Assembly: GCA_027001995.1 (NCBI GenBank)
Contig: JALTLO010000054.1
Coordinates: 1 to 21,045, forward strand
Reading direction: 5' to 3'
DNA length: 21,045 nucleotides
From: Planctomycetota bacterium
GTDB lineage: Bacteria; Planctomycetota; GCA-002687715; DRQF01
Shown: piece by piece, positions 8,877 through 17,387 of the stretch
Position numbering within the stretch: position 1 is the first letter of the stretch
How the letters are laid out: each line of letters begins with the position of its first letter
Program-made: the position numbers and the translations under genes
The notes under the pieces: model-generated
Told to the model about the DNA's origin: nothing
The model's database searches: none
What the model saw: the letters and a program-made list of their open reading frames with translations, nothing else

Positions 8877-10321
8877 CCAATGAAAAAATGAGTTTCGCCG
8901 ATGCTGCTGCCAAATTACTTGCCGACGGTGGCAAGCCTCTTCACATTCGAGAATTGACGCAACAGGCAATTGATCAGAATCTCATCAAGACTCAAGCAAA
9001 ATCACCTTCGCAAACGATGTATGCGGTTCTTTCCGTTGAGGAAAAGCGCAATGGAGCGGAGTCGCGTTTCATCAAAGTTAAGCCAAGCACCTATGCCCTG
9101 CGTTCTTGGAATCTTAAGAGTGAGAAGGAAACGGACAAGTCATCCAACGCCTCTCGCATTCGCGTTCCTCATTTCCCTTCCTATTCCGGTCTTAGAGCAT
9201 TTGTCCAGGTCCTTGATGGGGTGGCGGTCGAAGCGGTGACGAAGATGAGAGGGGCCATTCACCAAGGTCGTGGAACAGTCACAGAAAACGTTGACTGGAC
9301 TGATCCAGATTCTTGGATTAACGAGCGCCTTGTTGGCGGTCATCGGGATCTTGCCTTGCGCATCTGGCAGGGTACAGAGCATGTGGTCAATCCACGGCAT
9401 ACAACTGGCCTATGGCTAAGCGTCAGGAACTATTGTCTCCTTGAGGAAGACTCTGGAGGATTGCTTCGACTCACGGATAGAGGAAGAGACTTCCTTGAAC
9501 TCCCAGAGGGAAAGGTTGTGAGGCATATTGATGATTACGAGGGCGTCTTAAAGATCATGATTTTGATCATGGAGAACAAGAGTATCGCCACCGGTGAACT
9601 CATGGAACCTTGGTTGAACTACGCCCGGAGTGTCAGCAAGTATCAGTCTCAGAAGTCGATTCGTTCTGCTCTACAGGCACGACTGCGCAATCTCCGCGAA
9701 CGGGACTTTGTTGTCAAGGACGGTATCGAATACCGCCTGACAGAATCGGCACAGAGCTATTTGGTGTCAACAGGATTTGCAGACCTTGTCGATGACGATG
9801 AGAAGACGATCAATGATCTGTTGCGGGAGCAGAAAAAAGGCATCAAGGAGAGCATTCGAGAGTTATTGTCTGTCATGGATCCCTATGCTTTTGAGGGCTT
9901 GGTGAGAGACCTCCTTGAAGAGATGGGGTATGAGGATGTTGAAGTGACTTCTCCCGGCGGTGATGGTGGGGTTGATGTTATCGGCCACATACAACTGGGC
10001 ATCACCTCGGTGAAAGAGGTCATTCAAGCCAAGAGACATAGCCACAATATCGGGCGACATGTCCTGGATGCTCTTCGAGGTTCCCTTCATAGATTCGGTG
10101 CCGTCAGGGGAACAATCGTTACCACAGGTGATTTCGCCAGCGGTACCAAGAAGGCGGCATTTGAGCCTGGTGCTGCGCCCATCACGCTGATCAATGGCGA
10201 ACGCTTGGTTGAACTTCTCATTGAACACGGCATGGGTGTACGCAAGAGACCTGTGGAACTATGGGAATTGGATTCATCCCCATTCGAGCTGCAAAAAGAT
10301 GACTTGGACGACCGACCTTAG
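8873..10321 (+). CDS. mrr: Mrr-family (Type IV-like) restriction endonuclease with N-terminal HARE-HTH and central winged-helix region
   Basis: N-terminal 'SFADAAAKLLADGGKPLHIRELTQQAIDQNLIKT..KSPSQTM...RFIKVKPSTYAL' (HARE-HTH pattern). C-terminal Mrr_cat 'MDPYAFEGLVRDLLEEMGY...GGDGGVDV...IQAKR...GTIVTTGDF...LINGERLVELL'. GTGA overlap with the hsdS stop. Confidence 0.87.
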   Translation: MTNEKMSFADAAAKLLADGGKPLHIRELTQQAIDQNLIKTQAKSPSQTMYAVLSVEEKRNGAESRFIKVKPSTYALRSWNLKSEKETDKSSNASRIRVPHFPSYSGLRAFVQVLDGVAVEAVTKMRGAIHQGRGTVTENVDWTDPDSWINERLVGGHRDLALRIWQGTEHVVNPRHTTGLWLSVRNYCLLEEDSGGLLRLTDRGRDFLELPEGKVVRHIDDYEGVLKIMILIMENKSIATGELMEPWLNYARSVSKYQSQKSIRSALQARLRNLRERDFVVKDGIEYRLTESAQSYLVSTGFADLVDDDEKTINDLLREQKKGIKESIRELLSVMDPYAFEGLVRDLLEEMGYEDVEVTSPGGDGGVDVIGHIQLGITSVKEVIQAKRHSHNIGRHVLDALRGSLHRFGAVRGTIVTTGDFASGTKKAAFEPGAAPITLINGERLVELLIEHGMGVRKRPVELWELDSSPFELQKDDLDDRP

Positions 10322-10543
10322 AAGTATCCAAGAAGGTTAGGGATCTTCAGATTGCTCTGATATCCAAGATGTACGTGTGCCACCAAACACCTCCATCGCC
10401 CGATGGGGCAGGGCCGTTTGGCGGATACCACGGGAATCGACACCAAAGTGTTCGGTTCGACCATCGAGCCAGACCTCCTTCAATTGGGGCTCATCGCTGT
10501 GACCCCAGAATGGCTGATTGCGATTTAGGGGTGAGCCCGCCAA

Positions 10544-10829
10544 TCAATTGAAGGTCAGGCGTAGTCCATTGGAAGCTCGGATGATGGGATTCATTTCGAA
10601 GAGTTGGATGTAAACGAATTGCCCGGCGAGGAAAGCATTTTGCCTTGTGATGTTAGGCACTACGAATTCTCCTAAAGCTCCGTACCCAAAATCATGGGAG
10701 TCAATGATGTCGATGGGGCCAAGCTGACCCCATAGATCTCCGTTCCGCTGGTGGCTGTGGGAACGCCGTCATCCGGTTGCTTTTCCCGAGTTGGCCCCAT
10801 TGTTGTCGTTGAGCCATGCCGATTGCAAT
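10544..10829 (-). pseudogene. Remnant of a secreted FG-GAP-repeat protein gene
   Basis: Minus strand reads IAI / (frameshift) AWLNDNNGANSGKAT then TGA. After the stop the same frame ends ...VPNITRQNAFLAGQFVYIQLFEMNPIIRASNGLRLTFN* (stop 10544-10546). No intact start. Confidence 0.5.
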
Positions 10830-10859
10830 TTGCACTTGAAACTGCTGACGAAGGGAGGC

Positions 10860-13800
10860 CTATTCATCGAGTTTCTTCTTGAGTTTGAGAACTGCGGGAT
10901 GGTCAGTACCTAACGCTCGCCCGGCAATGTTCACGATCTTCTTGAGCTCTGTCATTTCAATCTTCACCGCAGCACAGGCCACAACTAGTTGCAGCAGGCT
11001 GTTCTTGACTGCCCTCGTATGAGTGTGGGAAGGCCCCCAGTCTTGCGCGCAAGTATTGAGCAATTGATGGTAGATTTCCAGCGATTCTCGATAGCGCCCT
11101 CTATTTGCTATGACTACGCACAAATTGCTTCTTGCCTTGATTGCTTCTGGGTGGGAAGCTTCCATATTTTTGAGGAGACCGGCGATCGTCTCTTTGAAGG
11201 TTGCCTCCGCCTTCCCTAAATTTCCCTGCCGCCAGTAGATCATGGCTAGCATTGAATTCGTTCTGATAGTTTCCGCGCTATCGCTTCCGTTCAATTGAAT
11301 TTGCCGAGTGAGGACAGCCTTGACTTTCTCTTCTCCTTCCTTGAGGCGTCCTTGCATCGACAGGATTCTTCCCAAATGGGCAAGCGCGGTTAGGCCGGTC
11401 GGATCGTCGGGCCCCTGGAATTTCACGCACTTTTGATACACGACTTCTAACATCCGTTTGGCTTCGTCGACTTTGCCAATGTTCGAGAGGAATATTCCGA
11501 GGTTTTTGGCTGCACTTCGCGTATCTTGGTGTGCCCATCCGAAAGCCTCCAACCTCTTCTCATATACATTGGATAGTAGCGTTGACGCCAGCTTTGTCTG
11601 CCCCATTCTGATGAAGCTGTTTGCCCTGTTGGCCATGATTGTCAAGGAAACTTGGTGCCTATCTCCGAATATTTTTTCAGCAATCGGAGCAATCCTATTT
11701 CCAAGCTCCCAAGCTTTCTTGGTCTTTCCTGATTCTAAGAGTGCCGCGAGAGCCAAGCTCGCCGTCTTGATTGTCGCACGGTTGTCCCACCCGCTTGCCT
11801 TAACGCGATCACCTAAGAGATCCTGAAGGATCGCCGAAGCCTCGGATTGGCGTCCGAGATGCAAAAGGCAAACTCCTCTATCCTCCTGTGTACTCAATGT
11901 CCATGGATGTTCGGGGCCAAGTACATCAACGCAGTCGGACACCAGGTGGTCCACCAAGCCCAAGGCCGTCTCATACTCTCCTAAATGAACTCGAAGTCTC
12001 ATTCTTGTGCGTCGGAGATGCAGTGCAGTTCGGTGCCTTTCGCCGAGCGTCGAGATCCCGATTTCGGCGGCGTGTCGAATTATCGACTCCGATTGTGTAA
12101 GACGACCGCTTCGCCTCAATAGGTCTCCAAAATCTCCCATTAACTCAATGGTGGAAACATGATGGCTTCCAAGTTCTTCTCTTGTAGCTTCTAAAGTGTC
12201 CTTGCATAACTTCAGACCTTCAGATCTGCGGCCCAGTTCGAACAGACATAGCGCCCGATTGGAATTCGCCCTCAATGTCGTTTGGTCATGTTCTCCCAAG
12301 ACACGCGAAGAAAGTGGAACAAGTTCATCGTAAACTACGAGAGCATCCGAATAACTGCCGGAGAGGTGCATTGATCCGGCAAGTGAAGAATAGGATGCCA
12401 ATGTCGCGCGGTGATTCAAGCCGAAATTGGACTTCATGCCTTCAAATGCTAACGAATGGAATGGTTTGGCCGCTTCAGGATCTCCATTTAGCGTGTAGAA
12501 ATCTGCGAGGTTCCCGATCGAGTATAGCGTGGTTGGATGTTGCAAACCGAGATTTTTCTTGCATCTGTCGACACAAAGTTTGATGGTCGAAGCAATGGGT
12601 TTGGTTTCTTTGGAAGATAGGACGGCGCTATGGAAGCTGACCAGTGATTCAAGTGTGTCGGCGTGCTCGACACCAAGGATTCTTGAGCGAATCTTGAACG
12701 AGTGTTCCGCTGTCTTTGCGGCCTTTGTGTAAAGGCCAAGCCCAAAGCTCGCGGCGCTAACGGCGCGGAGAATTCTCGCCCGAAATAGCGCATTAACGGG
12801 AGCCAGCTTCAACTTTTCCGTTGTTGGCGAAAGTAGGTATTCGTCGATCACGCCGGCGGCGAGATCTGTGAACTGGAGAGACGAGATCCAATCTTCGACG
12901 ATCGCTTTCTTTTTCTCGTCCAAAGGAGTGAAAATCGCATCGACAAAATTCTTCTTGAGGCGATGCCCCAATTTGTTTGGTTTTGATTCCGAAAGCAGGT
13001 CTTCATAAAAGAGCACGACCTGTTCGAACTTCTGGGCTTCTTCTTTGTTCTTTCGTGCTTCTATGGAAGCGATCTCGGCGTTGTTGGATGCCTTGTAGTA
13101 GAAGACCGATGTGGCGATGACGCCTATGATTAGGAAGAGAATGCTCGCTACGATGGCAAGGGATGCCGCCCGATTTCGCCGCACGAACATTTTGAGGAAA
13201 TAGACTTTGCTTGGAGCGCGAGATTCGATTGGTTCGTTTTTGAGGAAACGGCTGATGTCTTCGGCGAAAGAATCGACGTTTGGAAACCTATGGTCAGGGT
13301 CCTTTTCAACCGCCCTTGCCACAATGACATCCAAGTCGGTGCGTAGGTCGTGCCAAGGGATGGGTGCTTCGCTTCTCTCCATTTCAATTCGGCGGCTCAT
13401 TGTGAGGGGCGTTTCATTGATGATCTTGTCCCGGATACGGCCGTCGATCTTGAAAAGCGGTTCGTCGGTGAGCATTTCGTAGAGGATCGCACCCAAAGAA
13501 TAGACATCCATACGGGTGTCAGGCTCGGCGGATAGACCATTTGCTTGTTCCGGGGTCATGTAGGGGACTGTTCCCATAGACATCCCGTACTCGGACATGG
13601 GGTTGGTCTGTCCCGCAATTTCTTCGGTTGTCTTGGCCTGCCCAAAGTCTATGATTTTTGTGCTGTGAGTTTCGTGCTCGACAAGGATGTTGTTGGGTGA
13701 CAGATCCCGATGGATGATGCCCTTCATGTGGGCGGCTTTGACAGAATTGCAAACACTTAAGAAGAGTTCTAAGCGTTCGTTCAACGAATTCGTGTATTTG

Positions 13801-14279
13801 CGACAGAATTCGGTGATTGGAATCCCGTCGACGAAGTCCATTGCAATGAACAAGCGCCCATCTTGCGTTGAGCGAGCGGATCGTCCTCGAACAATTCCGC
13901 TATGGGAAAGCGAATTTAGAATCTTTCCTTCTTGTCTAAATCTGCGGAGGAAATCAGCTCCAACGGTACCCTGCTTGAGGACCTTCAGAGCCACCTTCTC
14001 GCCAGTATTGGTGTCCATTGCCAGGTAGACTTTCCCTGAATGCCCTTCGCCGATGCAACAGAGAATGCTGAACCCCTCAATTGTCTCATGAACCAGACCA
14101 TCAACCTTTAAGATTACGCCGTGTGTCGCTGCGGTGAAAACAATTGCATTGAGGTATTTTCTTTGGTGTTTGGCAGCGAAATTTTTGATGTCTAAGGAAT
14201 CGATCTCATGAGAACTCAGAATCAAACCCGTAAGTTGTTCATGAAGTTCTGGGGGCAGATCCTGATACACTGAGGTCAT
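10860..14279 (-). CDS. Hanks-type Ser/Thr protein kinase with single TM helix and ~15 TPR (kinesin-light-chain-like, ~42-aa) repeats
   Basis: 'IGEGHSGKVY', 'VALKVL', 'RRFRQE', 'HRDLSPNNIL', 'DFG', 'GTVPYMTPEQA', 'DVYSLGAILYEML'; TM 'ASLAIVASILFLIIGVIATSVFYY'; repeated LG-x-x-H-x-x-TL units (e.g. VLGPEHPWTL). GAGGA RBS upstream. Confidence 0.94.
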   Translation of the reverse strand: MTSVYQDLPPELHEQLTGLILSSHEIDSLDIKNFAAKHQRKYLNAIVFTAATHGVILKVDGLVHETIEGFSILCCIGEGHSGKVYLAMDTNTGEKVALKVLKQGTVGADFLRRFRQEGKILNSLSHSGIVRGRSARSTQDGRLFIAMDFVDGIPITEFCRKYTNSLNERLELFLSVCNSVKAAHMKGIIHRDLSPNNILVEHETHSTKIIDFGQAKTTEEIAGQTNPMSEYGMSMGTVPYMTPEQANGLSAEPDTRMDVYSLGAILYEMLTDEPLFKIDGRIRDKIINETPLTMSRRIEMERSEAPIPWHDLRTDLDVIVARAVEKDPDHRFPNVDSFAEDISRFLKNEPIESRAPSKVYFLKMFVRRNRAASLAIVASILFLIIGVIATSVFYYKASNNAEIASIEARKNKEEAQKFEQVVLFYEDLLSESKPNKLGHRLKKNFVDAIFTPLDEKKKAIVEDWISSLQFTDLAAGVIDEYLLSPTTEKLKLAPVNALFRARILRAVSAASFGLGLYTKAAKTAEHSFKIRSRILGVEHADTLESLVSFHSAVLSSKETKPIASTIKLCVDRCKKNLGLQHPTTLYSIGNLADFYTLNGDPEAAKPFHSLAFEGMKSNFGLNHRATLASYSSLAGSMHLSGSYSDALVVYDELVPLSSRVLGEHDQTTLRANSNRALCLFELGRRSEGLKLCKDTLEATREELGSHHVSTIELMGDFGDLLRRSGRLTQSESIIRHAAEIGISTLGERHRTALHLRRTRMRLRVHLGEYETALGLVDHLVSDCVDVLGPEHPWTLSTQEDRGVCLLHLGRQSEASAILQDLLGDRVKASGWDNRATIKTASLALAALLESGKTKKAWELGNRIAPIAEKIFGDRHQVSLTIMANRANSFIRMGQTKLASTLLSNVYEKRLEAFGWAHQDTRSAAKNLGIFLSNIGKVDEAKRMLEVVYQKCVKFQGPDDPTGLTALAHLGRILSMQGRLKEGEEKVKAVLTRQIQLNGSDSAETIRTNSMLAMIYWRQGNLGKAEATFKETIAGLLKNMEASHPEAIKARSNLCVVIANRGRYRESLEIYHQLLNTCAQDWGPSHTHTRAVKNSLLQLVVACAAVKIEMTELKKIVNIAGRALGTDHPAVLKLKKKLDE

Positions 14280-14311
14280 GAATGTTCTCTTCCTCTCGTA
14301 GCCAAATCAAG

Positions 14312-15013
14312 TCATTGTCTACTGAATGCCTGAAACAAGTCTTTGATCGCTTCTTCAATGGAACATCCGGGAGGACTGATTAACTTCATTTGGCAAAGCA
14401 GCTGTGTCTTGAGATTCCTTCGGGCAATGTATGCAATCTTGCTTGGTTCGCCTTTTAGTCCCAAACTCTGGCAGATCTCTTTCAGTTTGTGGCCATCAGA
14501 GAAATCGAAACCGACATCATAATAGATTCTGAGTAGGCGACCTTCGTTTTTCTTGCGACGATCTAAGGCCAAGAGGGAATCATCAATCAACATTGTGGCC
14601 CAGTCAGATTCGTCCTTTGCGTGCATCTTGAACGTGATTTGATTCTCCTCCACATGAGTGCCGGATTGATGGCGCACTTTTCGGAAATCATTGATGTAGT
14701 GCCGCATATACCAGCACAATGAGGCCCGAAACTTAGGGACGGCCAGCACTTTCTTGTGGCCGTCGGCGTTGAAGAAGTAGGCCCAGAAGTCAGCTATGTA
14801 ATCCTGGGGGATGTTCCCTCTCCTAAGAATTCCGGAAACATAGTCGCCGTATTTAGCCACCAACTGCTCCCATGCAGATTCGCGATGTTCGTCCTCGCTG
14901 AGGCGAATAATCGATGCCCAGCTGGTAAGAATTGCTTCTGTCCCCGGGTAGTCTCTGCTTTCTTTCATTCTGTCTCTCGCGCCCAGCCAGAAAATTCGAC
15001 TTTGTCTATCCAT
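14312..15013 (-). CDS. Divergent ECF-type sigma factor (kinase-associated, planctomycete-like); start may be ATG 14968
   Basis: 'TSWASII...ESAWEQLVAKY' (sigma2.1-like), 'KFRASLCWYMRHYINDFRK' (sigma2.3/2.4-like), 'DWA', 'LKEICQSLGL' (sigma4 HTH), C-terminal 'SIEEAIKDLFQAFS'. It ends 32 bp upstream of the kinase start, on the same strand. Confidence 0.68.
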   Translation of the reverse strand: MDRQSRIFWLGARDRMKESRDYPGTEAILTSWASIIRLSEDEHRESAWEQLVAKYGDYVSGILRRGNIPQDYIADFWAYFFNADGHKKVLAVPKFRASLCWYMRHYINDFRKVRHQSGTHVEENQITFKMHAKDESDWATMLIDDSLLALDRRKKNEGRLLRIYYDVGFDFSDGHKLKEICQSLGLKGEPSKIAYIARRNLKTQLLCQMKLISPPGCSIEEAIKDLFQAFSRQ

Positions 15014-15462
15014 CTTACTATGTCAATTCTTGCCAAGTGATTCCTAGAAAACTCAGGAAATTTCCTTCTTGGTTGTCCTCACATTTTGAGCACCGATGAT
15101 CGCAACCAGTTTTGTTTTCTCGAATTCGATATTTCGGGGAATGTTTCAGAATCGTGCGGCACTCTCTCATGAATCCAAGCTCAGAATTGAGGTTAGCCTC
15201 AAAGGATAGGCCCAATACTCAGGAGAAGGAATTGAAGTCTTTGCGGACATATTCTTCTTTTTGTCTCGATGGCACAGCACATCTCCGCGGAAGATGGCGT
15301 GTCGATCGTTTCGACTCAGGAGCTCTATCTCCTCCATGAAATTCACATTTGATTCCATCAAACCAGTTCCATTCTGGGGGGCGAATGGACTGGATCTGTT
15401 GATTACCCCCGAAGAACGATTCTTAATGTTCCCAACGAACACACTATATTGGAGGTTTTCTC

Positions 15463-17211
15463 GTGAAAAGTATGACGACAATTTTTGTTCTCTCAATCAT
15501 GAACCTAACGATGTCTGCTCAGGTTGTTTGCACGACAATAGGTACTATTGGTCCAGACACGATCGTGGGGACACCCGGGCCAGATTCCATATGTGGCGAT
15601 GCTGGCGATGATTCAATATCAGCTGGAGCTGGCGACGACTTCGTTCATGGTAATGCTGGCAACGACTTGATCAATGGCAACATGGGGATGGATTTCCTTC
15701 GAGGGGGCAAAGGAATCGACACGATTCGGGGAGGCATGGACAATGATGTTCTGCTCGGAGACAATGACGGTGATTTTCTCTTTGGAGACCATGGAAATGA
15801 CGTCTACTTGTACGAGGGCGCTCTGGGTGGTGCGGGTGGACTGGACGAGATTTCAGACTTTGCTGGTTTTGATCGCATCCTCATTCGGGACACTGCTCTT
15901 TCGAGCGGAAATCGCCTCGATTTTTCTCAAATTGGCAATGACCTAGTTGTAGGCGTGGCAGGAACTGGCGTACCGTTGTATCGGGTCGTAGGATATTTCG
16001 CCGGACAACCAATCGAGTCTTTTCATGTTGGCACTCAAGTTCCAGTAACAGCATCTCTCGGTATTACTCCGACAAACAACCCTCCGTATGGACATGTTAA
16101 TGACTTCGACGGTGCAAATGCAACTGGATGGGCCTATGATATCAACAGCTCATTGCCTCGTCTGATTGTTGCGGAACTCATTGATGCCTTTGGGATTGTA
16201 AGATCAGCGGTCACGGCCTCTGCTTCACTTCCGTTTCCAGGGCTTGTCGGCCCAATTGGTCCTGGAGGAGCGACGCCGACGAACTTGTGCTACTTCAATA
16301 TTGGCTTCACAGTGCAAGTAGCAGGGTACTACACGATTCGCGTATCGGCCTTGGATGATCAGACTGGACTACCAATTCAGCTTAGCGGTTCGCCCTCCTT
16401 GCCGACATGGCTGGGAACCACTGCCGCCGAGGGCTACCTCGGAACGATAGGTGATGATATCGCCTATGGAGGCGATGGGAACGACATTCTTCGTGGGTCA
16501 AATGGGGACGACTTCTTGCAAGGCAATTTGGGGCGGGATACCTTATCTGGCGATTTTGGAAATGACATTCTCCGCGGTGGGAAATCCTCTGATGTCCTGT
16601 TGGGTGGGCCTGGAACTGATGAAATGTACGGTGACCTAGATGACGATATTCTCATCGGCGGCCCTGATGCTGATCAACTCTATGGTGGACTCGGAAACGA
16701 TCGTTTCATTTGGAATGTTGGAGATGGCAGCGATGAGATCTCAGGAGGAACTGCGCCACTCGGAGGAGCAGATTTCTTGATCCTTCGCGTTCCCATGTCG
16801 TCGGTGAGCATAGCCACAGCGAGTAACGGGCTGGATCAGTTGATCACAGTGGGGCCTGAGACGATCACCATCAAGAATTATAACTTGGAGCCAGTGGTCC
16901 TGGTGTACTCACCAACACCACCTTTCGTGTCGATTTCCGTCAACTCTGCGATGACTACATTCACGACTCTTCATTCTCCTCTTTTTGGGGCGACTGGCCT
17001 GACGGGGGGAGAATATCTGATCAATGGGATTGACCAACTCGCCAACATTATGACGGCGTTCAGTGTTGGCGCGACTGAGGTTGGGATCACGGCTGGTGGA
17101 TTGACTATGAATTCACTCGGTGTAAACATCTTTCTTGATCTAACCTCTACTTTTCAGCGTTTCTTGGTGGAAGATGAAAAGGGTGATGTCGCCGTAGCGA
17201 TCTATCCATAG
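15463..17211 (+). CDS. Secreted calcium-binding protein with hemolysin/RTX GGxGxD repeats
   Basis: GTG start after GGAGG (15451-15455); signal-peptide-like N-terminus; two blocks of nonapeptide repeats (e.g. LRGGKGIDT, LYGGLGNDR) flanking a beta-rich domain 'PPYGHVNDF..ATGWAYD...YTIRVSALD...LSGSP'. Confidence 0.88.
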   Translation: MKSMTTIFVLSIMNLTMSAQVVCTTIGTIGPDTIVGTPGPDSICGDAGDDSISAGAGDDFVHGNAGNDLINGNMGMDFLRGGKGIDTIRGGMDNDVLLGDNDGDFLFGDHGNDVYLYEGALGGAGGLDEISDFAGFDRILIRDTALSSGNRLDFSQIGNDLVVGVAGTGVPLYRVVGYFAGQPIESFHVGTQVPVTASLGITPTNNPPYGHVNDFDGANATGWAYDINSSLPRLIVAELIDAFGIVRSAVTASASLPFPGLVGPIGPGGATPTNLCYFNIGFTVQVAGYYTIRVSALDDQTGLPIQLSGSPSLPTWLGTTAAEGYLGTIGDDIAYGGDGNDILRGSNGDDFLQGNLGRDTLSGDFGNDILRGGKSSDVLLGGPGTDEMYGDLDDDILIGGPDADQLYGGLGNDRFIWNVGDGSDEISGGTAPLGGADFLILRVPMSSVSIATASNGLDQLITVGPETITIKNYNLEPVVLVYSPTPPFVSISVNSAMTTFTTLHSPLFGATGLTGGEYLINGIDQLANIMTAFSVGATEVGITAGGLTMNSLGVNIFLDLTSTFQRFLVEDEKGDVAVAIYP

Positions 17212-17387
17212 AAAACAGAATCCCTCAAAAGTTTTGGGTGGACGATCATGGCCTCACGTAAGTTTGAAAGCGCCCGATTGAGTTGTCTTTGGGTGCTCTC
17301 CTCGAACTTTCTGTTTGGCCACGATCGGCTGACGGATGATTTGAGGTACAAGGGATCGATCCTTCGTCTCTTCGCGAGTCGCTCCAA
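17202..17387 (-). pseudogene. Possible remnant of an ECF sigma factor region 4
   Basis: 'LERLAKRRRI..LYL...EESTQRQLNRALSNLREAM' resembles the sigma70 region 4 C-terminus; no region 2 is visible upstream. Confidence 0.35.

Noticed and set aside
2336..10228. Many 60-165 aa alternative-frame/antisense ORFs within hsdR/M/S and mrr
   Set aside because: Overlap well-supported genes and show no recognisable motifs.
15005..15040. TTGACA / TGGCA on the minus strand as sigma70 or sigma54 promoter for the ECF
   Set aside because: No -10 element at 16-18 nt, and GG-GC spacing is wrong for sigma54.
15018..15611. Short ORFs in the ECF/RTX intergenic region
   Set aside because: Mutually overlapping, no clear RBS or motifs; better explained as a divergent promoter region.
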